A stretch of DNA of 64,000 nt from Callorhinchus milii (lineage: Eukaryota), in assembly GCF_018977255.1 (NCBI RefSeq), contig NW_024704742.1, positions 18,602,001 through 18,666,000 of the forward strand. Reading direction: 5' to 3'. A program made the translations under genes and the position numbers. Within the stretch, counting starts at the first letter, position 1; each line of letters opens with the position of its first letter. Below the pieces are notes generated by a model. That model did not search any database. It worked only from the letters and a program-made list of their open reading frames with translations, and was not told where the DNA came from. Shown piece by piece: positions 24,801-37,500 of this stretch.

Positions 24801-26268
24801 CTAAGCCCAAACCACACACACAAAACATCCAGCAGAGTCTCTACGTAGCAATCATGAGCAGGAACACTTGATTCTATCCTCCTTAAGTCAGAGACTCCGA
24901 GGCCTATTGTAGCACCAAACTACTTTCCAGTCACAATCAGTCCATTCAGCACAGGCTGAGATTCGAACCTGTCACCTTCTAGTCTGCAGGATCCCGTTCT
25001 GCACTAAGGAGCCACTTGATGCCTGGTTTTCCCGCTTACCATTCCATTCAATACATATGGAACTCAGACGCGGTCCCAGCATTCTATGCGCAGCCCTTTG
25101 GCTTTCCTTCGGCTCTGCCTTCACTATCTGTAGTAGGCAATGCCGTGATTAAAATAGCTATTTGAGGGGTTGTGGGGGAGATAGTTAAAGCACATTTCAT
25201 TTCTCCAGTTTTTATTTATTTATCTCCTGAAAAAAGTAACAGATGCAGTTTCATGTGTGCCGGCAACTCTCCTATATGTTTGATAGGTCCCTCTCTCTCT
25301 CTCTTTCCTTTACTGTTTGCCCGAGGACTTGGTGATATGTGGAACTTTCCATTTCAACTTAAATATAACTGATGGTCTTCTATACTCCTCCAAGTTACTT
25401 TTACTCTAGTCAATTGCGCACAGCAATGTCCCAACTGTCTAGCCGACAGTTAATTTCAACAACGAATGTTCCAGCTATAAAACATAACCCCTGGGAAATC
25501 AAGTGTGTCTCCGGTCTGGCGGAGTTAATATTTTGCTTCCGATGAAGATTTATTTAGATAATTAATTCTTGCTTTGTTTGGATGGAGTGAATTAGCAGTT
25601 AAGATTAATATTTTTCTCTGATTTATTTATATTCAACGGTTCCAGTCAAAATACCAGACAAGAGAGCTCAGCACGTGTCACAAATTAACTGACTCCAAAA
25701 TAATATTGTGTGAAAGGTTGAGCAACATGTCTTGCTCGAGATTCAAAGATGAAAGAAAAAAAATTGTGTGGAGTATATACACTGGCACAGACTAGTTGGG
25801 CTGAATCATCTGTTTTGTTTTAGATGCCACATATATCTGTGTAAACCTATGTAAATCTGATCAACAATATTGAAAGGGAGTTGAGATAATAGATTAAAGA
25901 GAGGAAACAATGTTTAGAACTCTTTATTATATTGAAATGTTTTAAAACCCTTCATAAGTATATGCTACAAAGTGTAGTGACAGCTTTTGTAGGAACTTTG
26001 CAGTCATTTACACTGAAGGTCTCACAAACAACAATTTGGTGAATGATAAATTAATCTTGAGATTTTTGGTTCATTTCTTTGCAAATGGAGAGGTCAAAAG
26101 TGATTTAAAGTATGAATTCCTAATGTATTAAATATGAATTACCCAGATATTCTCAATGCTGTTGTTGGTTGTGTCTCCTTTTGTGTCTCAATGCTTTATT
26201 CTGAGTGAAGCACTGAGCAGGATTATCAATAAAACAAATACATAATCAGTCAGGTAAAACAAACCTAT

Positions 26269-26747
26269 GATAATAATAACCCTTCTATTTGGTATATTGC
26301 TTCATCACATCGCTAAGATGTTTCAAAGCACTTCACAGGATATACTGTAAAGGGGGATTGACTGTATTTTGGAGGTGAAACGCAGCAGGCGATTGTGCAC
26401 AGCAATGTCTCACAAACAGTCATGGAATGAGTGACCAATTTTATTTGGGGGATTTTTGGCCAAGACAACAACAACAAAATTACATTTGTATAGCGCCTTT
26501 CCCGTTGGGAGGACGTCCCAAAGCGCTGAACAGTGTACAGCATTTCAGACCCTACTGGGAGAAGGGAGGGGAGAGGAAAGGGGGACACCGGGAGAAACTC
26601 CCTTCTCTTTTTGAATAGCGCCACGGGATCTTTAACGTCCACTGGACTGCCAGCTTAGACAATGTGATTCCAAGTCCCGACGTGGGGTTTGAACCCACAA
26701 CCTTCTGATTCTGATTCAGAGGAGAGAGTGCTACAACTCAGCCAGGC
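26269..26747 (-). mobile_element. SINE family B nested in the 28S fragment
   Basis: Head (plus-strand gggtttgaacccacaaccttctga...gagagtgctacaactcagcc) at the right end, Deu-like gggatctttaacgtccac in the middle, tail at 26269..26340. Confidence 0.85.
26468..26583 (-). mobile_element. L2 tail-only insertion inside SINE B
   Basis: (caa)n aattacatttgtatagcgcctttcccgttgggaggacgtcccaaagcgctg; gaca repeated at 26464..26467 and 26584..26587. Confidence 0.85.
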
Positions 26748-28189
26748 AAAACTCATGTTCCATATTAGTGGGTGAACAATGCAATACTTGGTGAATTCTG
26801 CTTCATAATGTTAGGAAAAGCCAACATCGAAGGATTAAAATGTGATGTTGCTATGAACAATACTGCTAACCTGCTGGTGATTGCCACAATCTGCAAGTTA
26901 CATATTACATCTACCTAAACAGGCTGATGGAAAATCGGTTTAAAGTCTCATTTAAAAGATGATACTTCTAACAAACCAGTATTCCCTAAAACTGTGCTAG
27001 AATACTGGACCAGACTAGATTGTAAGATCAAGCGCCTAAAATTTAAATATTCATCTTGTTATATGGTTATTAACTTAGACTTAATTGAGTTCACAGCTCA
27101 AATGAACATATTTGGAAGCAGAATAAAGTTGAGTTATAATAATCCTTACATTTGGTACAGGGCTTTTCACATTGGGAGAATATACTGTAAAGTATTGTGT
27201 CTGTACAATTTTGTGGGTGAACAAATCTTCCTCTCAGATTTTGAATGAAGGTTCATTACAATGGACAACAGGATTTAATGTGATATTATAGGTGATTGAG
27301 CAACTGGACTACGGCAAAAGTAAGATAAAATTTGTTTTGTTTGACAGGTTTCAAATTTCAAAAGTTTTACTATTTACAAATCATGTGCATTTTTGCTCCA
27401 GTGATTTGGTCAGTGAGTAAGTGACTAGAGTGCATCAATTTACGATGCAAACAAGCAAATGGGGAGGTTAGGAGAAATTGTTTCACTGCAGAGTAGTAGA
27501 ATACTCTGCGGAGAGCAATGGTTAAGGCAGAATCCATGTTAGCTTTCAAAAGGGAACTAGATAGAGATCTAAAAAGAAGTAAAATGCAGGGGAATTGGGA
27601 AAGGGCAGGTAAATGGGACCAAACATATTGCTCTTAAAGAGCTTGCACAGACATGATGAACCGAATGGTCTTCAGTGCTGTAAATTTCTATTATTCTATG
27701 GTACAGCAGCGAAACTTGTAGAACTAATTTAAAAAAGGTTTAAAAAAAAGTTTCTAAGAACAGCTGGAAATGTTCTTTTGAACACTTTGTGGATTATTAT
27801 TTTTATCATTATCTTTTGGAAACGTCAGTACTCTGTACAGCAATTGAGGGTGCAGGTCAAAAAAAACATTCACAAGCTTACTGCCATTTGAATCAGTCCG
27901 GTTGGCTGTGCACCATTGATTTGGGAACTGACTCCCTTACAAGGAATTATTTCAACCAAGTAAAGTAGAGGTGGAAGAGAAAAAGCAGTCTGCTCCAGCC
28001 TCAATCACTGTGGAAGAGAGAGGGGTGGTGGGGCAGTGGACACACATGGCTTGTCTCCAGTTAACAACATCTCAACCAGACTGATACTCAAACTCGGGTC
28101 AGGCTGTACTGAGAATACTGGGTACAGTCTCTATCACCATGTCACAAAGGGGCAGCCAAAGCCCAGAAGAAAATGCAGAAGAGAGTAAC

Positions 28190-28560
28190 AATAATAAAAA
28201 TAATCCTTGCATTAGATATACCGCCTTATCACGTCAGAAGGACATCTGAAAGCGCTTCACAGGGTTTACTGTGAAATGGAGTGGCTGTGCATTTGTCTGC
28301 AAACACAGCAGCACAATTGCATGCAATAATGTCCGACAAACAGCCATGGAGTGAGTGACCCATTTTATTCTGGGAATTTGTTGGCCAGAACACAGGGAGA
28401 AACTCTCTTCTCTTTTCAAATAGAGCCATGGGATCTTTAAACGGTCTTTAAACCTGAGTAGGCAGATGGGTTGACATCTTATCCAAATGATGGCACCTCT
28501 GACAATGCAACACCCCTGCAGCACTGCATTGCAGTGTCAGCTTAGACTATTTCAGTTCAA
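28190..28560 (-). mobile_element. SINE family B, lacking head
   Basis: Tail aataatccttgcattagatataccgccttatcacgtc; Deu-like gccatgggatctttaa...ggcacctctgacaatgca...gcactgcattgcagtgtcagc. Confidence 0.8.
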
Positions 28561-28569
28561 GTCAGAACA

Positions 28570-28880
28570 AGTATGATCCCAATGTAAGAGAAGTGAGCTA
28601 TGAGCAACGATTAGACAATCTACTGCATTTCAGTCTTGAAATGAGATGTCTCAAATCTCATCACCTCATAGACGTGTATACAATTTTAAATGGGTTTGGA
28701 AAAGTAAACCGAGATCAATACTGTAAGATGCGCTGTGACTGCAGAATAGAGGACATAAGTTTAGATTTGCAAAAGGCAATTTCAGGACAGACACTAGGAA
28801 ATATTTCTTTACTCAAAAGCATTAACAATTAGACAGGTTATCAGGAAGGATAGTTGAGAGGAAGATACTGGACTCATATG
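28570..28880 (+). mobile_element. CR1-type LINE ORF2 3' fragment
   Basis: ORF 28593..28832 reads SYEQRLDNLLHFSLEMRCL...LIDVYTILNG, matching the CR1 YEERL..L.LFSLE.RRL...LIEVYKIL.G motif. Confidence 0.8.
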
Positions 28881-31800
28881 TGTATTCTACAATGTGATAA
28901 TTGCCACTAGTGCTTCGTAATACATCATACATCACAATTTTCACCAGGATGATTTCCCCTAAACGTAAAAGATGTATCTAGTCTGCGTCATTTGGATAGT
29001 TGACCTCTCTTTACCATATATAGTCATACATACATTGCCTCAACTAGCTTTGCCGTATAACCCAGTCTTTCCGAGAGGCTAGTTATCTCAGAGACTTATT
29101 TCGGAGAAGTACCACCATTACTGCCAAATCACACTCACTTGGCAAAATAGTCTCCAGCAACAAGGAAAGTTCCCTGCTTCCAGCGGTGGAAAGAGGTGAA
29201 AGATTTAACTGTTGATTTGTGGAGCACGCTTTGGACACATATGTGCACAAAACTATGATTTGGTATGCAGGTAGTGAAGACACTGCCAAGGAATGCTTTG
29301 GGCAATGAGTTCCATTTTATTTAACAATATTTTCAAATAATACATAGTGCCTTATTAATAGAAAATCTGCACATTTTGAACTTGTAAATAATATAATCTA
29401 TGTAAAGAAACAGGAAATTGGAACCCAATTGCTCTGAAATAAGTGAATGCTCTGAATATATACTAACTATACTATTATGGAATCAATTGATCTCAGGGTT
29501 CAGAATATATGTTCAGAATCATTAGCACTGTCAAAATAATAGCAAGTGCGGAGGATAGTAATATTCATTGAATTGTATTAGCCATGTCATCAGAATAGCC
29601 ATCTTGCATAAATGCTAAATGTTGAGTGATGTAAAGTACATATTTAATCATTTTCAGATGAGTGTTGGAATTGTGCATACAGTATTATTAAAAAGTATCT
29701 CCCGTTCAGCACTTCTTGATCCATGAATATTTTCACAAGCTATGTGATCAGATATAACAATTTCCCTTGTGTCATGGAAACCTCCTGCAAGGGAAAAAGC
29801 ATAGCTACTTTCATTAACTGAAATTACAAGAGTTGGAGACTTATCTAGGTTCACATTGTATAGTGCTGCTGTGCATTCAACTGTGGCTAATGGGTTGCTG
29901 GTCCCATGAGATGGTGCAACACACTGTCCCAAGGCATATTCATGTACATTCATCATACTGCTGCTTGGGGCGCCTCCATCAGAGGTTTTGTGTGATCACA
30001 GTTACTAAATATGCATTGATTGTCACAGCCATATTATTTATTTTGAAAGTTTTGCTCTCCCCACGTGTGCTCGTCGGAAACTCATTGCCAAAAACATTTT
30101 TCTGTGTGTGTGTGTGTACGTGTGTGTGCAGGTATGTATGCATGTATGGTACAGGAAAGTCTACTATGAAGAGCAGTGTAAACATTTTCATGTATTGTAT
30201 GTTTGTAGAAAGATACAAAGTATTCGATAAATGTGTATGTTTCATGCATTGCTGGAAGTCCACTGTATTAGTTATTTAAATGCACATGGTTTCATGGCAC
30301 ACCTGAATTCTAAATTGTCTGCTAGATATAGTATTAGTTGATAGATAAACAGATGTTAATCTGAGTAATTATATGCCTTAAAAATTATATGCATGAAAAC
30401 ATATCTACAAGAACAAACTTCTATTTTTACAGCAACTGTAATGTCAAATGCTTCAAAGTATGTCCTAATAATTATTACAGTATAATCTTTGCATTTTGAC
30501 TTTACATTTTGTTTTGTGTAGTGTCCAGATACTTGTACCTGCAACCCAATCACTGGTATCATAAGCAGTCATCAGTAGGCTGAGCAGCTAATAAACACAA
30601 TTGGCTGCACAAATCACAATTAACTAAATTAAAATACAGTGAAACATTTGCCCATCAGTCGTTAAATTGATTGCTTGGCTTGTTTAATGGTGTGAAAACA
30701 GCCTTGATTACGACTGTCGTTCTTGATGTGTTAAAGGTAAAGAGGGGGCAAGACAGAGGGATTAGGACAGAGAGTTTCAGAGAGTTCCACATCCTGAAAC
30801 TACCGAAGCTGCCTATGGGCTCCATTATCCAAATGTTATATCAGAAGGAATCTGTAAAGAACAATTGTGTGCCATCTTTCTGATCATCAAACAACCTTTG
30901 ATGCGCTCTGGAGACTATATTGGCTACAGAACACACAGTCGCTAAACCTCACAGTATATTCTGTGAAACACTATAAGACATCCTCCTTATGTGAAAGGTA
31001 TTTTATCAAATGCAAGAATTATTATTATTATAATTATATCATCAGGAAAAGATGAAAACAAAGCTGTATTCATGCACATGCAGGTTAATTTAATTTAAAA
31101 GTAATTTGAAAGCATTTCAAGTCTGGCACCACTGTTTCTGTATGACTGCAGCAATTTGTTTCTCTTCTATTTAATCATCTAGTTACATGTTTTGAGTAAT
31201 GTCATATTTTGCAATGTTCGTAAAAATATAATGACATTATAATAAACTATTTATTCATGCTACTACAGTAGGAAGGCAAATGGTGACATTTATTCATCAT
31301 TCAATATGTGTATAATAATCCCCAGGATAAAATTAGTCACTTGGTCCATGGCTTTTTGTGAAACATTGCTCTATGCAAATTGGCTTCCGTCTTCACAAGG
31401 ATTGTTTTTGTTATTGCAACACTAACATTAAAAGAACTTTCATTCATAACTGAACTAACCATAACATCTTAAATGGAAAAAAAAATCTCAGATCATTATC
31501 CTGCTCTTTCACAGCTCATTTCACCTAAGACAACATCACAAAGGTGCTTCCCAGGAATGGTGTGGATCACAAACAAGATGGGAAAGAGGAAGATGACTGA
31601 AATAAGATCAAAGGGATAGTTTTTTTATATGGGAGGATTTAAAAGAAGGGAGAGAGGGCAAGAGGTGAAAGAAGTTTGAGAATATGTTCCATAAAGCAAG
31701 GGGAATTGTGGCTAGATTCTTCCAAATTGGTGAGTGACTAAAGTCACCTCTGCCACTAAGATATCACAAAAAGAAAGTAGGTGCTATTGAGAGAGAGAGG

Positions 31801-32998
31801 GGTGGTGGGTGGGGGGTGGTGGTGGAGAATTCAGTTCTGTGCACCTCAGGAGGCAGATCAAACCTGGTACTGGCAGCAATCTTGATTCGTGTCGCTGTCA
31901 GATGAATGAATGAGGAAACTGGACTGGGTAAGATAAGACAATACATGTGGGAGGCTAATGGGCCATTATTACTTGGTTAAGTGTAGACCAAGAACCTCAC
32001 TGAGTTTGGAAGCAAATTAATCATGATAATGAATAAATAATTCTTGTATTTAATATCACGTTTTATCATGTCCTGTTGTTGTTGTCAGTGAAATTATAGT
32101 GATCTCTTAAACAACAACACTTTGGTGATCGTCAACTAAACACCTTCTGCTGCATAACATATATTGAATCTCAGTCCATTTAAAAGACTGACTAAATAAT
32201 CTAGGTCAAGTATAGTGGGTCCCCTTGTCTAAAGAATTAAAAGATTTTTTCTGCGCTAGCCCCTTGTTATGAAGTAGCCAGAATTAGGATCCTTGATTTA
32301 TATCCAGGTCCGTCATTACTCATGGTATTAATAAAATGAACCAGATGTCTGGGCCGTTTGCCTGGTCCCTGTGCTCTTGTACTCCTGCCAGTAAGACATT
32401 TCCCACAGAGGCAGAGGACACTACAAACAAGATAGATTGCTACCTTGCCCAGTGAGGCACGTTAAATGTGACCTTGACACGTCACGTCTCAGAGTGTTCT
32501 TGAAGTGGGAAGGTTGGTCCCACTATCTCTGAATGCACTAAGGTCTTATAATCCTTTGTTAGAAATTGTAAACTGATTAAAAAGGCACAAAGTGGGTGGG
32601 GGGAGGGGGGGGGGGGGTGGCGGTGGAAACCAAACAGCCTGAGACACGAGGGCATTATCAATGACGCTAACTCTCATGATTCCATCAAATTCTCCTGATG
32701 GATTAAAGTGTTGAATCTGCCAAAGATTTTTCTGAATGATAACAGCGAGAGATTGTCAGGAAACAGTTATTATGCTTTACTTTGCTTCCCCCCACTCCCC
32801 ATTATTAGTCAAATTGCCTAATAATAGGACAACATTTCCAATATCAAGCAAAATTGTCACCTTGTTTGCTTTCCATAAATTAGGAGTGGAATTGGTAATA
32901 AAATGACCATGAATAAATAACCACTGGAACATCTTTCTTCTAACCTTAACTTCACAAGGTGAATTAATTATTTGAATAACCAATTAAAGTTGATCTGA

Positions 32999-33105
32999 TA
33001 GATGTTGATGGAAGTTAACCTCCATAGATGCTGCCTGACTTGCTGAGTGTTCCCAGCGACTGTTTTTATTTCAGATTTCCAGCATCTGCAGTATTTTGTC
33101 TTTTG
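32999..33105 (+). mobile_element. Family E, 5'-truncated copy with 12-bp TSD
   Basis: tccatagatgctgcctgacttgctgagtgttcccagcgactgtttttatttcagatttccagcatctgcagtattttg; flanked by aagttgatctga at 32987..32998 and 33106..33117. Confidence 0.8.
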
Positions 33106-34604
33106 AAGTTGATCTGAATCCATTAGTAGCATGACTGTATGGCTTGAAATTCCACTGAGGACTTCTGAACAGTGCGCTTTTTCATTTGCATTTCATAGCT
33201 GAGTGCTGCTCTTATTTTGTTACAAATATTCCAAGGCAGAATTGTGCAAAATAATGAAGTAATAACAATAGTAATATGGGTTGTGTAAAGTAATGATAAT
33301 AATCCTTGCATTTGATACAGAACCGTATCATGTCATTGAGACATTTCGAATTGTGTCACAGAAATATGCCAAAATGCCTAAATATACCTAATATGCCTAA
33401 ATCTGAAGATTAAATAATAACTGTTGGGTATTAAGTCAAATTAAACAAAACCCAAAAGTCATGTTAAGAGCATTACAACGTTGGCACTTGACCATCTCTG
33501 TGTGAAAATCTATTTTCAAAGGATTGCGTTACCTTTCTGGAGAATGGGATTACCATGACTAGCACTGACAAGCCAGACAGCTAGCCACTGACTGCCTCAA
33601 CTATAGTAGTCACATGATGTCCAAGAAGCAACAAGGTTCACAAGATCACAAGATCAGTCTGGATGAAGAAGAGCTTTTGGCCTATTTGATCTCATGAGCT
33701 CATAGCTTCATTCCTCTGACACAGGGGATCATCCTCCTTGCTCTCTGCATTGCTCGTGTGAACAAAATCCTAAACTGTAAGTGATTTAAGTTTGGCCTAT
33801 TCGTGGTTAATCCGCAATACTTAAATTGTTCTCATTCAAGATTCAACTTTGCTGATCCCTTTAATTAATGATGTTCAAAAAGGCAAAATAACACATAACC
33901 CACACAAATACATAATCCACAATTCTCCCTTTGTTCTGCTGACTTTCGATCACATAGAATTCATGCCGGTAAGAAGCAAATTGCAGGCAATAGAAACAAT
34001 AGGAGTAAGGCTCCAAGATGCTACCAGTAGGAAGGGCACTATATAATGCAAGTTGTTGTTGTTATTGAGGCACATTTGTGGGATTCTTCAACAGGTTTTG
34101 TTCAGTATTTAAGGAATGCATCTAGAAATAGCATCAAGTAGCTGTAGGATATTGTTTTAAGAAATTAATGGCAATTAAGAAAGAGCCAATAAAATAGAAG
34201 CAGGAAGTACAAAAAGATCCTGGGCAGGGAATCAGAGAGAATAAAATAAATTATTTACTAATTATAGTAGGATTGAGAATCATTACAGTAGTGGCACTTT
34301 CAGAGTAAGTTAAGTTTTTTGGCTAATTTGGTAGGATTTTGATGCTCCTTGACAGATTAATCCTGTAAAAGTAAGGATAAAAAAAACTAGAGATGGAAAT
34401 GGGGTAACTTTTAGTGACCAGGAAAACTCTAATCACTAAAACTTATTTTTTTCATCCCAAAAGAGCAGTCTGTCCCTTCTAGGCAGATACAATCTGGAAA
34501 ATCAAAGCTAAAGCCAGAAAGAAAACATAGAACCTGACGTAGAGGTCTAAAAGTTACATAAAGTCTGCCTACGGTGGCACTCAGATCCTTATGTGGATAG
34601 TAAC

Positions 34605-34735
34605 AATGCAAAATACTGCAGATCCTGGAAATCTGAAACAAAAACAAAAGTTGCTGGGAACACTCAGCAGGTCAGACAGCACCTATGGAGAAAGTGAGTC
34701 AACATTTCGGGTTGGGGATGTACTATTCATAACGC
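34605..34735 (-). mobile_element. Family E copy with 15-bp TSD
   Basis: Reverse complement matches 10360..10475; flanked by tatgtggatagtaac at 34590..34604 and 34736..34750. Confidence 0.8.
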
Positions 34736-35349
34736 TATGTGGATAGTAACGTTACCTCTAGGTTTTCCTGAATGTGTTCCTTAAATAAGGAAAATAGTGA
34801 GTTTAGGTAATCCTACATAATTTACCCTACCAGAGTGAATAGAATCAGAAAAGTAATCTGTCTGGTGCTGGGTGAATGGCATTTCAGTGATAAAAGTTGG
34901 CACTGATTGGACTAGCACTAAAATTCTAGTTAGCATTTGTATTTTATCAAAGCGCTAGTAGCTGACTTGATAGTTTCAGAAAGTGTTTTTTGGGCAACGT
35001 TGTGGGAGGGGGAGTTTCTTCAGCAGTTATTATTAGGGTATCTCCAGATACACAATGTGCCAATCATTGATAATTATATATTGCATTTTAACCTTGTAAT
35101 ATACTTAATGTAAGTAGCCTTATGCTGAGAATGTCCTACTCAGCCATGATTATTTTGAATGTTACCAAGACTGGATTGGGAGTATATAATTCAAATGGCT
35201 AAGTGCAGTTCTGACACAAATTGTCACTTTTATTATGTGTAATGCAACTTCTGGCAGTCAGGAGCTCTGGCAGCGAGCAGCAGAACAAAGCGCTCATGCT
35301 GTTGAAGTCACACATCGACTGCCTGCAATATAGTGCACATTTATATGCG

Positions 35350-35638
35350 TCAGCTTGCACACTCTCGCCTCTGAGTCAGAAGGCTGTTGCTTCAATTCCC
35401 ACGTCGGGACTTGGAATCACATTGTCTAAGCTGAAATTCCAATGCAGTGCAGGGTTGTCCTTTGGATGAGACATTAAACCAAGGTCCATTCTGCCATTCA
35501 GGTGGATGTTAAAGATCTCATGGCACTATTCAAAAGTAAAGGGAGTTTCTACAATGTCCTGGCCAAAAAATACACAGTCAAAACCATTCAATGACATGAA
35601 AGGCGCTATATCAAATGCAAGTATTATCATTATTATTT
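35350..35638 (+). mobile_element. SINE family B, internally deleted
   Basis: cactctcgcctctgagtcagaaggctgttgcttcaattcccacgtcgggacttgg...ggatgagacattaaaccaagg...caggtggatgttaaagatc...aggcgctatatcaaatgcaag. Confidence 0.82.
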
Positions 35639-36354
35639 GTAACATCAAGTATCAGAGACCATTACAGGATAAGTATAGGACCATCGTAATGTAAATATGA
35701 CCTTTCTTCTTTATTCTATTAAACCTGTACGTGGTGGAATACTAAATATTTCCCACTCATCAGGTTCTGTAAAATAGCCTGAAGTAAGGCTATTTTCATT
35801 CAAGAAATGCATTGTCTTTAATGGAGGATACTAAATAGTGAATAATCCATACAGTTACCTTCATTGACCCCGCTTCCTCATTCCCCATGTGAACTGAAAA
35901 TAATATTTTTGAGTGAAATATGATGTTCATTGTCGACAGTATTAGGAGAATGTAAGTTTCTTGTGGATGTCATACAATCTGATGCACCCATGTTGTACTC
36001 CGAATGGAAGATCTAATGAAGTAGGGTAAGCCTTGATGTATTTTTCTTTTGATCTTGTTACAAAGTCAAGCAATTGAACACTAAGAGTTAAAGACTTTCA
36101 TTTGTTGTAGCGACCTTCACATCAGGATGACATCTCAAAGCGCTTCATAGGATTTCCTGTAAAGTGTGATGACTGTGTATCTTGTAGGTGAATGATTGAG
36201 AATCTGATATTTAAAACTACAATGAATTTCCCATATATGGTTAAAATATTATGGTGCGTGCAAATGAGTTAAAAGTATCATTGGGTTTTGCATTACTTCA
36301 GATTTCTCCATTTAAATTCCATCACAGATCATCTGTGCATCTAAGTGCACATGC

Positions 36355-36700
36355 CATACTGAGCAGGACTACTATTGCAGCAACACATCATCAGTTGGGT
36401 CAAACTAACCTGTCTCACAACAGTTTAAACCCAGCTCACGTTCCCTATTAATGGGTGAACAATCTAATGCTTGGTGAATTCTGCCTCATAATATTAGGAA
36501 GAGCTGAAATCGAAGGATCAAAAAGCAGCATCATTATGAATGTTTGGTCGTCAACTTTTCTGACACCGCCCGCTTAAAAGCCAGAAAAAACAGAAAGATT
36601 GTGAGAGCCCACTTTCATGATCTATATTCATACTGAAAATCAAGATCAAGCGAACTTTCACCCTTCTGCTCCTCAGGAGGTTTCTGTCCTCCCTGAGCTC
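36355..36700 (-). pseudogene. Decayed 28S rRNA fragment (domain V to the sarcin-ricin loop)
   Basis: Minus strand gagctcagggaggacagaaacctcc...cttgatcttgattttcagta...gtgtcagaaaagtt...tttttgatccttcgat...ttgttcaccca...gggaacgtgagctgggtttaaac...tgagacaggttagttt...cctgctcagta is colinear with vertebrate 28S, with many CpG-type substitutions and one internal deletion. Confidence 0.93.
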
Positions 36701-37239
36701 ATCAAATCTGATTAAAGAGCATTATTAGGATTCACATGCAAATCTCTATATATGACAAATGGTAGATTATTTTTCATGATTACAATTGGCTCCTGTTGTA
36801 ATTAATGGGGTTTATTGAACACATATATCTTATACCTGTTCTCTATGTCTTCAGAATCCTTTCAAAAATCGATCTCTTTGTCCATGAGATGTCAAGGAGA
36901 CATGGAAAGCGCTATATCAAATGCAAGGATTATTATTATTATGCTTTTAGTCAACATTCTCAAATCCTTCCTCATTCCCAGCCTGTTTGCTGAACTATAT
37001 TGTTTTTTTAAATGTGCTATGAGAAGTTATCCTATGCGAAAGGTGTTGTACAACACCTTTACATACATACTGTTGTTGTAGAATTTGCTTAGAAATTGAA
37101 GTTCTGAAAAAAAATAGGAAGATGGGATGTGAAAAAGTGTCTGTCCTAGTTCTGGAGTGAAGCATGTATCTATTAACTGATAACCACAACTTGACAACTA
37201 TCTCTCTCTCTCTCTCTATGTCACATGATGGTTAATGTC

Positions 37240-37500
37240 ATAAGATTGGTTGGATGAAGAAGGCTCTGCAGTTCATCTAATCTCATCCCTCCAGAACATA
37301 CACCCTATCATTCCTCCCCATCACAGCATCAAGCTGATCTTGAAATTAGTCCAGTGTCCTGGCAACCTGTTCCAGTCATTAATTACCTTCCAAGTAAAGA
37401 AAAACTTATTGGTATCTGTTCTAAAATTGCACTTTGCAACTTTAAATCTATGTCCTCTTCTATTGTCTTGCTGAAATATTGTTCTGGGTTTAGTTTGCAA
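37240..37500 (-). mobile_element. CR1-type LINE 3' end
   Basis: Minus strand translates RGHRFKVAKCNFRTDTNKFFFTWKVINDWNRL (CR1 ORF2 C-terminus), followed by a 3' UTR. Confidence 0.8.

Larger units (their letters stand above)
26212..26858 (-). pseudogene. Decayed 28S rRNA fragment, split by a SINE (pieces 26212..26268 and about 26749..26858)
   Basis: Plus strand actgagcaggatt...atcagtcaggtaaaacaaacct and ctcatgttccatattagtgggtgaacaatgcaatacttggtgaattctgcttcataatgttaggaaaagccaacatcgaaggat match the reverse complement of conserved eukaryotic LSU rRNA, and match 36355..36540. Confidence 0.85.

Noticed and set aside
29833..30279. 148-aa hydrophobic ORF
   Set aside because: Runs through a (TG)n microsatellite, starts at a non-ATG codon, and has no recognisable domain.
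32593..32626. G-rich run with G-quadruplex potential
   Set aside because: Essentially a poly-G tract, common in genomes and prone to sequencing error; no supporting context.
36355..36700. Functional rRNA gene or rDNA unit
   Set aside because: Only about 350 bp, with many substitutions and a deletion in universally conserved sequence, and no other rDNA parts nearby.
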